A stretch of DNA of 64,000 nt, taken from positions 14,735 through 78,734 of the IMG/VR virus record IMGVR_UViG_3300020049_012431; one strand, 5' to 3'. Positions 30,525 through 40,212 of this stretch are shown here, piece after piece; position 1 is the stretch's first letter, and each line of letters begins with the position of its first letter. The position numbers and the translations under genes are program-made. The notes beneath the pieces are model-generated. The model was not told the origin of the DNA. It searched no databases and saw only the letters and a list, made by a program, of their open reading frames with translations. The stretch is from a virus (lineage: Duplodnaviria; Caudoviricetes).

Positions 30525-30527
30525 ACA

Positions 30528-31478
30528 CTACCTCCTATAGTAATTACGTGCGTTTCTCAGAGCCGTGTGTCTATTAACAACTTTAATCGCACTACCTTCG
30601 ACGCGATCATCAACAACAGTACCTAGCTTAAGTTCCATTTCGGTAAGCTTAGCATTTGCCGCAGCCAATCCTTGTTGATCACCAAGAGCTTCAAGACATC
30701 GACAAGCCATGCGCTGAGATAGGAGAGAATGAAGATCTGTTGGTATTTGAGGAATAATACATTCTTCTGCTATACAAATATGATCACCGACAACTAATTT
30801 TGAAGGAAGATCTGTTGTCGAGAAGCTTATGATATTATTTACTGTATCAACATTTGTGATAGCTTTATCAATAGACATACATTTGTGTGGGCTTTTCACT
30901 TTAATGAAATCCACCAATGTATTTATACCAAAAATTGTTGGTATTTTATCTACTGTAACTTGTCCGGTAACTGTATCAATCGCTTGTACTATCATCGCTC
31001 TATCTTCCGAAACGAGCGCGCTTGGGCGAATGTAATAGTACATACGTATGTGACCTTGAATATCAAGGCCAATCTCAGGCATTAAACACACATCATTATT
31101 TTTAATGTAGAATGCTCTGAGTGGAGAATTAGATCCGGTATTTCCATTGTGTTGATAAAAAGATATATCTTCTACTAAAATACGAGTCATTTCAAAAATA
31201 TTGTTACCAGTATCTTGAAATGCGACATCTCTTAGTTTATTTCCTGCGGCTCTATATGGAATGGCATATTGACTCACACCTTTTTGCAAAGGTACATTCT
31301 CATCAAATAAAAAATAGTCTTCATGAAACGACATCACATACGGAATAACCGCAGTGTCCATTTCCTCATTGGCAAACGCAAGAAAATCTTCTTCGGTAAA
31401 TGTTACCTGTGATTTAGGTATCATTGCCCTACGCGTCGCGCTATCTATTAAAGTTTTTGACGTAAGGTATCTAGCCAT
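30528..31478 (-). CDS. tail tubular protein A / head-tail adaptor-like protein
   Basis: LIDSATRRAMIP...FANEEM, Y.IPYRA pattern; synteny. Confidence 0.6.
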   Translation of the reverse strand: MARYLTSKTLIDSATRRAMIPKSQVTFTEEDFLAFANEEMDTAVIPYVMSFHEDYFLFDENVPLQKGVSQYAIPYRAAGNKLRDVAFQDTGNNIFEMTRILVEDISFYQHNGNTGSNSPLRAFYIKNNDVCLMPEIGLDIQGHIRMYYYIRPSALVSEDRAMIVQAIDTVTGQVTVDKIPTIFGINTLVDFIKVKSPHKCMSIDKAITNVDTVNNIISFSTTDLPSKLVVGDHICIAEECIIPQIPTDLHSLLSQRMACRCLEALGDQQGLAAANAKLTEMELKLGTVVDDRVEGSAIKVVNRHTALRNARNYYRR

Positions 31479-31840
31479 TATTTTTTCATCGCATCAAGTT
31501 TTGCTTGCATTTCTTTAATTTTCATCTGAAGTTCTTCTGGTGAGCATTCTTCTTCGCCCATCTCTTCATCTTCATTTCCTAAATGATCGGTTTCCATATC
31601 TTCAGAACCAGCATCAGATGCTTCTTCATGGGCCATTTTATCCATTTCTGGCATCCCATGCATCATTTCTTTTGCTTTATCAAGACCTTTTTCAAGACCG
31701 TCTTTATCGTTAGCCATAACACTAACTTTTTTCATTCCGTCCATTTTACCTTTAAGGTCTTCGCCCATCATGCCTGTTGCCATTTTTTTCAAATCTTGCA
31801 ACATTTTCATTTTGGCTTGTTGTTTCATATCTGGTTTCAT
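31478..31840 (-). CDS. hypothetical M/K/E-rich protein
   Basis: ATG 31840 after AAGGAG. Confidence 0.6.
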   Translation of the reverse strand: MKPDMKQQAKMKMLQDLKKMATGMMGEDLKGKMDGMKKVSVMANDKDGLEKGLDKAKEMMHGMPEMDKMAHEEASDAGSEDMETDHLGNEDEEMGEEECSPEELQMKIKEMQAKLDAMKK

Positions 31841-31850
31841 GTTTTCTCCT

Positions 31851-32177
31851 TTAGAATCCACGTAATTTTTTTAAAGCTTCAATTTTTGGATCAACCGGTG
31901 CTGGTTGAAATTCGTTATATAGACTGTCAAGTTCTTTATCTGTAAACTTCGGTTTTTGTTCTACATGTTGAGGTTGTTCACGCATTTTTTGCATTGCCCT
32001 GTTGTAATTATCAACATCGCCTTGAACATCTGGTATATCGTTATTCATTTTTTCGGCAGGTTGCATTCCCATAAGTTGTTTTATATTACTAAAACTGTCT
32101 TTTGGGTTATTGAACGCAGCGCTGAACTCAGCGCCACGTTTTAATCTAGCCGGTAATTTTTTATCACCTTGACCCAT
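31851..32177 (-). CDS. hypothetical protein
   Basis: AAGGA RBS. Confidence 0.55.
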   Translation of the reverse strand: MGQGDKKLPARLKRGAEFSAAFNNPKDSFSNIKQLMGMQPAEKMNNDIPDVQGDVDNYNRAMQKMREQPQHVEQKPKFTDKELDSLYNEFQPAPVDPKIEALKKLRGF

Positions 32178-32187
32178 TAATTATTCC

Positions 32188-33600
32188 TTAGATAGAGGTA
32201 GTGTTAGCTCTAAACTTAATTGCACCAGAAACAAATCCAGCAAGATTCGCACTAGTGTATTGGATTTGGCCAGCGGAAGTAATAGAGAATACAATCTGAC
32301 TGTCATCACCAGTAGCAGATTGTGTCATATCCCAACTAGCACCTTTTTGTACACCAAGTAATTCATACACTTCAAACAAATCAGCTGTTGCATCAATAGC
32401 AATAGAAACAAGCGCTTTGAAGCTTCTTACTGAAGCATTAGCAAAAGCCAATCCAGTAACGTCAGCGGCAGCCGCTTGATTGTTTGCCATAGAGAAGGTA
32501 GACTCATTAATATCACCAGCACTATTTAAAGCAATACCTGACAAGAAGTTAGCGCGAGTAATTTTTCTGTTTGCACTAGCAACAGAACCGAATACAACTA
32601 ATTCATCAGCGTTGTTTGGTGTAGTGATAGCTGTAAGACCGGCAATATCCAAAGCGATCGATGGATTGCCAGAAACACCATCACCATTAGAAACAGCAAT
32701 AGCACTACCAGCAGAAATACTACGTCCAGTAAAAGTATCAGCTGCAGTTTGTACCAAAATTCCATTAGTGTTATGCGCAGCTAATGCTGTAAGTGTAGCA
32801 TCAAGTGGTTGTTTATTACCTAATTGAGACTGGATACCAGAAGTAACACCATCCAAATATTGGAATTCAGCGTTGCTTACAGAACCATCAGCGATTTTGC
32901 TTGCATCAATAGCAGCAGAAGCGTTAATGTCGGCGTCTACTAAGCTACCAGCAACGATTGTTGCGGTGATAGTGTTCGCACCATCATTGTAAGTAAAATC
33001 GATTTTTGAGCTATCAGTAAGAATGCTACCAACAGCATCTTGTGCTCGTTCGTCAGTGAAATAAAGGTTTGAACCTTCAGAAATATCACTAGAAGAAAGA
33101 ACAACAACACCAGAAGCGCCGTTTACGCTTACAACATTGTCTGCACCACTATGTGCTTTTTCCCAAATGCTACCGTTATAAATAGCATAGTCACCAACGA
33201 TGAAATTTAAGCTATTAACACCAGCACCAGCTGTAGTAACACGGTAAACATCACCAGTATTACCAGTTCCATCAACAAGGGTTGGTGAATTGGTTGATGC
33301 ATTATATGTACCTTGGTATTCCATGATACTATTAGGTAACTGAGCAACAGGAACCTTACCGCCAGAGTCTAGGGACGCGTAACCATTTGCTGCGCCTTTT
33401 TCTGAGGTATCTTGTTTATTACCTAATTGGGTTTGAACAGAAGACGTAGCTCCTGACAAATAACCCAATTCAGTGTTAGTAACCGATGAGCTACTTACAT
33501 TTCCTGACCCGTCTAATTGCAATACTCTACTTGCCGTTTCTGCGGTAAGTTGTATGCCACCCTGGGCTTTTATTCTATTTTTCTGTTTAATATCTGACAT
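32188..33600 (-). CDS. tail fibre-like structural protein
   Basis: KGAANGYASLDSGGKVP, YQGTYNASTN.P.L, VVSVNGASGVV fibre motifs. Confidence 0.7.
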   Translation of the reverse strand: MSDIKQKNRIKAQGGIQLTAETASRVLQLDGSGNVSSSSVTNTELGYLSGATSSVQTQLGNKQDTSEKGAANGYASLDSGGKVPVAQLPNSIMEYQGTYNASTNSPTLVDGTGNTGDVYRVTTAGAGVNSLNFIVGDYAIYNGSIWEKAHSGADNVVSVNGASGVVVLSSSDISEGSNLYFTDERAQDAVGSILTDSSKIDFTYNDGANTITATIVAGSLVDADINASAAIDASKIADGSVSNAEFQYLDGVTSGIQSQLGNKQPLDATLTALAAHNTNGILVQTAADTFTGRSISAGSAIAVSNGDGVSGNPSIALDIAGLTAITTPNNADELVVFGSVASANRKITRANFLSGIALNSAGDINESTFSMANNQAAAADVTGLAFANASVRSFKALVSIAIDATADLFEVYELLGVQKGASWDMTQSATGDDSQIVFSITSAGQIQYTSANLAGFVSGAIKFRANTTSI

Positions 33601-33611
33601 TTTCTCTCCTG

Positions 33612-33929
33612 TTATTCTATTATTATTAAGCCCGTAAATCTATTATCGGGTACATCACTCACTTTTAAAGTTACGTCACCACTAGCATTAACTTCAACAG
33701 CAGTAACTACTTGTTCAAATGTTGTCACACCTTCATATACAACAACCATTGGGGTGGCACCCATTCCGTGTGTTGCTGCGGTCACTGTGAACGTATAATC
33801 TGGAGAAGCAAGAACCCAGCTAGCATTATTAAATGTTGTGCTGTATTTCGTTGCTGGAGCAGGACCTCCGCCGCTACCACCACCAGTTATATCAAGCTGC
33901 CCGGTAAACGGGTTCAGTTTAATCCCCAC
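33612..33929 (-). CDS. hypothetical structural protein
   Basis: MGIKLNPFTGQLD N-terminus; beta-rich. Confidence 0.55.
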   Translation of the reverse strand: MGIKLNPFTGQLDITGGGSGGGPAPATKYSTTFNNASWVLASPDYTFTVTAATHGMGATPMVVVYEGVTTFEQVVTAVEVNASGDVTLKVSDVPDNRFTGLIIIE

Positions 33930-33931
33930 AA

Positions 33932-34192
33932 TTACACCGTTCTTTCAACCAAGTCAATCTCATCATGTGAGCTATTATTATATGTTATCTGGAGCGTGTA
34001 AAGTAGCGTAGATCCATCGTAAAATGAATATGTGTCAACCGTTGGCGATACCGCTGAACGAACGATTTTATGTCCCTGTTTTGCGCTAATAAACCCACTA
34101 ACAGCTAAAGTGCTATCTTGGTCATTATATGCTCCCCTAAGAGCATTATTACCCGATTGATCGGACATTTTTTTTGTTGTACTATTTGACAT
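33932..34192 (-). CDS. hypothetical structural protein
   Basis: ORF in the structural run. Confidence 0.55.
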   Translation of the reverse strand: MSNSTTKKMSDQSGNNALRGAYNDQDSTLAVSGFISAKQGHKIVRSAVSPTVDTYSFYDGSTLLYTLQITYNNSSHDEIDLVERTV

Positions 34193-34626
34193 TATTTCCC
34201 CGCCAGTATTATAGCTATTAGTAACAAATTCATAGCTACTGATAGTATTAATAATTTTTTATTTCGACTACCATGTCTAAGTTGTTTTTTAACTTCTAGA
34301 TTCTCACTTATGTCAATAACCTTTGAAGGGACTTCCTGAATCTTAATCACTTCAATGGGGATTTCTACGATTTTTTCATACATAACAGGCACTTCTACCG
34401 TTTTGTACTCAACCATAACCCGATCAATGGGTTTTTCTACAATACGCTCTTGTATTTGTATAACAGGCTTTTCTATCTCTTTTATCACTTCTACAATACG
34501 TTCTTGTATTACTGGTCTATCAACATAAACTATCTTCTCTTCAATTACCGGTCTGTCCACATAAACGATCGTAGGTTCTGAAGATACCGAAGATTTATTA
34601 TTGCTACCAAAAGTGACGCTACCCAT
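34192..34626 (-). CDS. membrane protein with V/E/P-rich (alveolin-like) repeats
   Basis: IVYVDRPV x2, EKP/VEVPV repeats, C-terminal TM helix. Confidence 0.55.
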   Translation of the reverse strand: MGSVTFGSNNKSSVSSEPTIVYVDRPVIEEKIVYVDRPVIQERIVEVIKEIEKPVIQIQERIVEKPIDRVMVEYKTVEVPVMYEKIVEIPIEVIKIQEVPSKVIDISENLEVKKQLRHGSRNKKLLILSVAMNLLLIAIILAGK

Positions 34627-34627
34627 T

Positions 34628-34993
34628 TTATGCCTTTAATAAAAGAACGCTGTTAGGATCATTTTTGATCATTTTAATGCGCACCGCTAATAATGGTCTT
34701 GGTCGTAAAGCGTGTATTGGAAGTTCAAACCACACATCAGCATCCATTACTGGGCTAACCATAACCTTAGCGTCACCAAAAAGACAAACTTGTGACATAT
34801 CCGAACATTCAAGAATAGCTTCGTTTTTTAAACTAATCATAGATCTAAAAACGCTTATGCTGTCTTCTTTATGGTTTAATGAAAAATTCATTTCACCAGC
34901 AGAAAGAACAACATCAAGAGCCTCAGCTTCAGGATTAAAAGATGCCTTAATTACTTGATCACTAGAAAGGTAGTGTTTTATTGTATTATCCAT
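34628..34993 (-). CDS. hypothetical protein
   Basis: Start moved to ATG 34993. Confidence 0.55.
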   Translation of the reverse strand: MDNTIKHYLSSDQVIKASFNPEAEALDVVLSAGEMNFSLNHKEDSISVFRSMISLKNEAILECSDMSQVCLFGDAKVMVSPVMDADVWFELPIHALRPRPLLAVRIKMIKNDPNSVLLLKA

Positions 34994-34994
34994 A

Positions 34995-35471
34995 TTATTG
35001 ACCACCCATAAGTTTTTTAAGATTAGCAAACTTAGCACCAATGTCTGGACCTGCGTCGCTAGCTAAACTGGCAGCTTTTTTAGCAGCTTCTTCTACCACT
35101 TCTTGTGCTGTTTTTACAACAGGCACAGACCCGGTTGCTTTACCGAGAAGATATTCCATACTTGCCGGAAGTTTTTGTCCAGCACTTTTAGCAGCTTGTA
35201 ATTTAGCCATTGCTTGAGCCGCTGCACCAGTGAATGCCTTACCGACAGTACCCATTGTTCCCATACCCATGGCTATAGGCATATCCGCATAGGCACGTTT
35301 TTCATCAGCAGCACTTTGCATCATTGAATCGGGTAAACCCATTTTCTGTACAAGCATATTACGTACACTGTTGTCTGCCGGTTTGTCTTCATCGCCAGGT
35401 TCAATCGGTCGATCTATCTTTAGGCCGTTTTGAATACTTTGTAGCAAGCGAGCTTTTAATTCTGGATCCAT
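34995..35471 (-). CDS. hypothetical protein
   Basis: TAATG-coupled ORF. Confidence 0.55.
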   Translation of the reverse strand: MDPELKARLLQSIQNGLKIDRPIEPGDEDKPADNSVRNMLVQKMGLPDSMMQSAADEKRAYADMPIAMGMGTMGTVGKAFTGAAAQAMAKLQAAKSAGQKLPASMEYLLGKATGSVPVVKTAQEVVEEAAKKAASLASDAGPDIGAKFANLKKLMGGQ

Positions 35472-35881
35472 TATTTACACCTATTCTTAAGTTTATATTG
35501 TCTTTGTTCAGACTTATCGGCTATGTCACCAAGAAGTTGTTTTGTTCCTTCTGTTCGGCCTTGTGTTGGTTGTTGTATCATTGAACACAAAGTCTTCTCC
35601 ATATCAAGAAGAACAAGTAAATATCCTTTGTTTTCTTTCTGACTCATCGCAATACTTTTCAATCGCATAACAGCAGATTCTTGGATCATTATAATTTCTT
35701 CCATTGACAAAGATGAAAGACCTATGATGCGTTCCACAACACCATCATACTCAGATTCGTATGCTGGATACAGATCACCAAGCATGTTGTGATCTTGCAT
35801 AAATACAGCACCAGAAACAACATTATGCGCTGCGTGCGCAAAAAGATGCATTGATCTAAGAAGTGCGGCTATATCTTTCAT
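35471..35881 (-). CDS. ferritin/Dps-like four-helix protein
   Basis: H..AH.V.G..F.QDH..LG.LY......D...ERI. Confidence 0.7.
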   Translation of the reverse strand: MKDIAALLRSMHLFAHAAHNVVSGAVFMQDHNMLGDLYPAYESEYDGVVERIIGLSSLSMEEIIMIQESAVMRLKSIAMSQKENKGYLLVLLDMEKTLCSMIQQPTQGRTEGTKQLLGDIADKSEQRQYKLKNRCK

Positions 35882-38800
35882 TTATATTCCCTGTCTAAAT
35901 AAGTTAAAATATGTTCGTGTCAATGTTGTATCACCAGTTAAAGAACCGCCACTATTTTGGTAAGTAAATACTTCATAATAATCACCAGCAATAGCTCTAT
36001 CAAAATAGCTAATATCAATAGTTTGATTATTTACTTGAGCCGGAACATATTTAGCCGCAACCTCAGAACCATTTTTGTAAATATAAATAATTCTAGTGCC
36101 AGTAGTGTTACTGTTACTCCATGTTAACTGTGCTTGCATAAAATAGTCACCAGTGGCAGGAATTACTGCACGATAATTTGTTGTATTATCAAAAATACTA
36201 TGACTATCAAATGATTTAGATGGAAATTGCACTTTGACTGTACTATTATTTGCAAATGATTGTCCGTTAATAGAATAGGCTTTCATTTTAATAGTTTCTG
36301 TTGCTGAAATTTGACTTGGGCCACTTACTCTGACGATAGATAGTGTAGGAATAAAATTTCCGGCACTGTACACAAGATTTCTGTTTACATCAGGGACAAG
36401 TTTTATCGTATCACCAGCTTTTAAATTAGGTATTAACATACTACCAGATTTAGCTCGTGTTGTGTCTGTTGTAGTTAAATTATTATTGAAACTTCCATTT
36501 ACTTGAATATTACAAGCTATATCACCTACGGTACTATATAATCCGGTACCATGAATTTGGTAGTCACCAGCAACCGGCACAGTATAAATGCCAGTAGAAC
36601 TATTATAAGCACCGTGACTATCTTTTGTTACAACCGGGAAAACAAACGCACTTCCCGCTGTTCCGGTTATATTTGCTGTGGTTGTTACAACGCAATCAAC
36701 GACTCTTGTATCAGCACTATCGCTCATCTGAACGCTTGAAGACCAACCAGTAATTGGAACCATAGCTTCAACAGTCACCCAGTCATTATTAACAAACAAA
36801 CCATTCCAGGCATTTTGTCCTAAATTTTGCGACACGCTTGTACTTGCTAAAAATAGTTGATTTGTAAAAGATGTGTTGTATGCAACAACATGTTTTACTA
36901 ATGTGGTCTCAGTGCCTGTTTGTACAATTCGAGAAGCCTCACCAAATACAAATTTTCGCGTTGACCCTACTTTTGCGGTATCAATTGTTAATCCGCTAGG
37001 CATAGTTAGTGCCGTTGTGGATGCATTAGTTGCTGTTAACTGAAATGAACCATTAATCTGTACGCTATCACCTATGCGTCTATACCAAAATGTAACACTG
37101 GCTACCGTTGGGCTTCCGTTAAATGTTGGTGTATAAGATTGCCAATCAGTAATTGGTGAGCCGTAAACATAAGAAGTTGGTGCAACAGAAACATTATCAA
37201 CTTTTACAGTATAAGCTGATGCGCTTGTTGTTCCACAATGTAAAATCAATCTATAACTTGTGCTATTACTTGATGTTTGAAAATTTGCCATAAATCTATC
37301 AGCAATAGTAGTGTTATTGCTATACAATCGATATGTGCTCGGTTGAATAAGTACACCATTTGTAACATCATAAACCCAAACAGTAATGTCACTATCACCG
37401 GCAGTTGTTCTGTCAGAAGGATTACCCGCAACAAAAGTTCCACTAGCTACGATATAATCAAAACCAATCTGCATTACTTTAGCTTTACTAGATGTATCAA
37501 TGGTAAAATCAAAGCTAACACCATTACCTTGGCGATTTGCTGCATCTTTAGTAATAAGGAAAGAAGCAGAACCAGAAAGTGGGCTACTTGTTGTTCTTGT
37601 GAAAGTTAATGTTGGTGAACCAGAAGTACCATCAACAGGACTTGTTCCCCCAGCATCCGCATACGTTGCCCAACCGGTAGTGTCAGCTTCAGCGTCAGGA
37701 TTTGAACCAATAGCATTGTTATCTATTTTACCCCAAGCAGGAATTCCACCAAGAGATTTCAACACTTGATTTGTTGAACCTAGAGCTAAACGAGTTCCAG
37801 CACCAGCTATTGCTCCATAAATAATGTCACCAGCTGTAGTCATTGGTGATAAATTATTAAACGCAGTAGATGCGCTTGTTGCGTTTGTTCCACCATTAGC
37901 GATAGGTAGAGTTCCAGTTACGCCAGTAGTGAGAGATACATTTGTTATTGTATTATTTGATCCATTAATTGTTTTATTTGTTAATGTATCAGTTGTTGCT
38001 TTACCAACAAGAGTGTCAGTAGCATCAGGAAGAGTTAATGAACGATTTGCTGTTTGTGAACCAACAAGAGTTGTTGCTGTACTAGTAGTACCTGCTGCAT
38101 CAAATTTAATTTGTTTTGTAGCATCGATTGCATCATTAATAGCAAAAGATGTATCTGTAAAAGTAGAACCACTTCCACCACCAGCACCACCAGTAAGCTG
38201 CCAACGAGAAGATGTTGCATCATATGTAAATGCCATTGTTGCATTATTGGCCATAGGAGCATTTGCTGCTGTTCCAGTTTGGATTCTGTCTGCTGCTGTT
38301 GCGCCAGCATCCTCATTATTAATATTAATGCTTGCACCAGTTTTATTTTCAACAATTAAAAACTGACCAGCACTACCCGCAGGAATACCAGCAAGAGATG
38401 TAAGTGATGCGTTTGTAAGACGAATAACACCAGAAGTAAAAGCACTAGCTGTAGCTGACGCCCCAGTAACCGTCGCATCTGTTGATACAGAAAATTGTAC
38501 TTGTTTATTAGAAAGGGTTGCTGTAGCTGAGTTCTTAGTCGCATCTGAAGTGTTATCAACGTTACCCAGACCTACGTCACCCTTAACGATACCTGTTGGT
38601 GTATTAATTACTGGACTAGTGAGTGTCTTGTTTGCTAATGTTTGCGAATCTGTTGTCCCAACAACATCTCCAACAACACCATGAACACCACTAGATGCTC
38701 CAGTGTGTGATGTGAAAGAAGAATCACTAGCTTTATCATTAAGTTGTGTTTGAATTGCGCTAGTAACACCATCAAGGTAAGAAAATTCAGTATTACTAAC

Positions 38801-39229
38801 TAATCCTCCACCAATTTTAGTAGCATCAATAGCCGCCGCTACAGCAATGTTAGTATCAGCTAAATTTGATATTGTGTTTGAAGCTGCGTCAATTGTTTTA
38901 TTAGTAAGAGTAACTGATGCTGAGTTTTTTGTTGCATCTGAAGTATTGTCTACATTACCTAATCCGACATCGGATTTAGTAATACCAGTTGGTGTATTAA
39001 TGACCGGGCTAGTAAGAGTCTTATTTGTAAGAGTATCGGTTGTTGCTTTACCGACTAAAGTATCAGTAGCATCTGGTAGTGTGATAGTGCGAGAAGCAGT
39101 TTGTGATGTTGTTACTGTTGTCTTAGTGCCTACACTTCCGCCCGGAACGATATCAATCTCTTTTGGAGAATTGGTATTTTCCTGACGAATGTTTAAGCCT
39201 TTAATAAATTTTGTGAATGAAAAAGCCAT
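35882..39229 (-). CDS. long tail fibre / receptor-binding protein
   Basis: 1115 aa, T/S/G-rich, internal repeats (TLTNKT..., DVGLGNVDNTSD), C-terminal beta domains. Confidence 0.8.
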   Translation of the reverse strand: MAFSFTKFIKGLNIRQENTNSPKEIDIVPGGSVGTKTTVTTSQTASRTITLPDATDTLVGKATTDTLTNKTLTSPVINTPTGITKSDVGLGNVDNTSDATKNSASVTLTNKTIDAASNTISNLADTNIAVAAAIDATKIGGGLVSNTEFSYLDGVTSAIQTQLNDKASDSSFTSHTGASSGVHGVVGDVVGTTDSQTLANKTLTSPVINTPTGIVKGDVGLGNVDNTSDATKNSATATLSNKQVQFSVSTDATVTGASATASAFTSGVIRLTNASLTSLAGIPAGSAGQFLIVENKTGASININNEDAGATAADRIQTGTAANAPMANNATMAFTYDATSSRWQLTGGAGGGSGSTFTDTSFAINDAIDATKQIKFDAAGTTSTATTLVGSQTANRSLTLPDATDTLVGKATTDTLTNKTINGSNNTITNVSLTTGVTGTLPIANGGTNATSASTAFNNLSPMTTAGDIIYGAIAGAGTRLALGSTNQVLKSLGGIPAWGKIDNNAIGSNPDAEADTTGWATYADAGGTSPVDGTSGSPTLTFTRTTSSPLSGSASFLITKDAANRQGNGVSFDFTIDTSSKAKVMQIGFDYIVASGTFVAGNPSDRTTAGDSDITVWVYDVTNGVLIQPSTYRLYSNNTTIADRFMANFQTSSNSTSYRLILHCGTTSASAYTVKVDNVSVAPTSYVYGSPITDWQSYTPTFNGSPTVASVTFWYRRIGDSVQINGSFQLTATNASTTALTMPSGLTIDTAKVGSTRKFVFGEASRIVQTGTETTLVKHVVAYNTSFTNQLFLASTSVSQNLGQNAWNGLFVNNDWVTVEAMVPITGWSSSVQMSDSADTRVVDCVVTTTANITGTAGSAFVFPVVTKDSHGAYNSSTGIYTVPVAGDYQIHGTGLYSTVGDIACNIQVNGSFNNNLTTTDTTRAKSGSMLIPNLKAGDTIKLVPDVNRNLVYSAGNFIPTLSIVRVSGPSQISATETIKMKAYSINGQSFANNSTVKVQFPSKSFDSHSIFDNTTNYRAVIPATGDYFMQAQLTWSNSNTTGTRIIYIYKNGSEVAAKYVPAQVNNQTIDISYFDRAIAGDYYEVFTYQNSGGSLTGDTTLTRTYFNLFRQGI

Positions 39230-39241
39230 GTCTGCTTATCC

Positions 39242-39724
39242 TTATATCGGTAAAGTTTTAGCTGTAAATTTAATAACACCACTGTAACCTGTGCTATCAA
39301 TATCGGTGCTTATATATTGAATTTGTCCTGCGTCAGTGATGGAAAACACCACACCGCTATCTCCGTTTTTTTGTTGAGTAAAACTCCATTTGCTACCTAA
39401 AGATGCAGCATTATCATAATTTAGATATATAATACCACTTTCAACATGTCCTGATGGATTTGCTGTAGATATACGATATACGCTATATTGAATATTAGCC
39501 GCTCTCACCGTGCTAGGATTAAAAAATAATCTGTTAACATCAGTAGGTGTAGATACGTTGTTATTAATACTATAACTAGTTTGAAGAATATCATCAGAAG
39601 ACACTAAGGAAGCAAGTACTGCGGTCACTTCTGAAGCCCAGTCACTAGCGTCTTGACCCCAACCCGGCTCAGAGCCCGGATCAGGATATTGAAACGTGGT
39701 ATTATTTACTGTTAATAAGGGCAT
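39242..39724 (-). CDS. hypothetical structural protein
   Basis: C-terminal part resembles the C-terminus of 32188..33600. Confidence 0.6.
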   Translation of the reverse strand: MPLLTVNNTTFQYPDPGSEPGWGQDASDWASEVTAVLASLVSSDDILQTSYSINNNVSTPTDVNRLFFNPSTVRAANIQYSVYRISTANPSGHVESGIIYLNYDNAASLGSKWSFTQQKNGDSGVVFSITDAGQIQYISTDIDSTGYSGVIKFTAKTLPI

Positions 39725-39744
39725 ACTTCTCCTAATTTATCATA

Positions 39745-39756
39745 GATATATGTTAA
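39745..39756 (-). promoter_or_regulatory. putative late promoter motif
   Basis: TTAACATATATC upstream of the AGGAG RBS of 39724. Confidence 0.6.
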
Positions 39757-40167
39757 TTAGGGAATGAATACGTTCTTCCGTCTGGCACCACGATTTTTCA
39801 TGTCTAAATGGCACCAAGAAGATGTATGTGCTGGACTTTCTTGCCACAGACCATACTTTTTTAATAATGCATCAGATTCATCAACTAACTCATCTATTTC
39901 CCCATGAACGTCAGCTAAATCTATAGCCTGACAGCTCATATGAAGGCTCGCCTTTGCGCTACCAGCGGTAGCAGCATTAACCTCTGGTGGCCTAAATCCG
40001 CTACTCACAGTGACACTTTTTATACCCAAATCAGTTAAGAATGCGTTAACTTTAACTAATAAGGCGTTGGCATTAGCTACGCATTCTGGTGTGAGGGCTT
40101 TATTCTTTAGTCTTTCCGGATACTTACCACTAGCTGTTATGTATTGTTCAAATGAAATAAGTGACAT
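39757..40167 (-). CDS. endolysin, peptidase M15 family
   Basis: SSGFRP, SLHM..QAID, WCHLD zinc ligands; start ATG 40167 after AGGAG. Confidence 0.85.
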   Translation of the reverse strand: MSLISFEQYITASGKYPERLKNKALTPECVANANALLVKVNAFLTDLGIKSVTVSSGFRPPEVNAATAGSAKASLHMSCQAIDLADVHGEIDELVDESDALLKKYGLWQESPAHTSSWCHLDMKNRGARRKNVFIP

Positions 40168-40177
40168 GTTTTTCTCC

Positions 40178-40206
40178 TTGACAGGCATATAGTAATATGT
40201 TATGTT
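40178..40206 (+). promoter_or_regulatory. sigma70-type promoter overlapping an opposite-strand late motif
   Basis: TTGACA-17-TATGTT on +; ATAACATATT at 40194-40203 on -. Confidence 0.6.
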
Positions 40207-40212
40207 AGTTAT

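Noticed and set aside
34129-34152. Off-frame - strand codons reading VIMLLGEH, similar to the segment possibly missing from the capsid
   Set aside because: Eight codons rather than seven, inside another ORF, with no intron elements on either side; most likely chance.
35882-39229. Tail-fibre repeats as template/variable repeats of a diversity-generating retroelement
   Set aside because: No reverse transcriptase; differences between repeats are not adenine-specific and both copies are in-frame coding.
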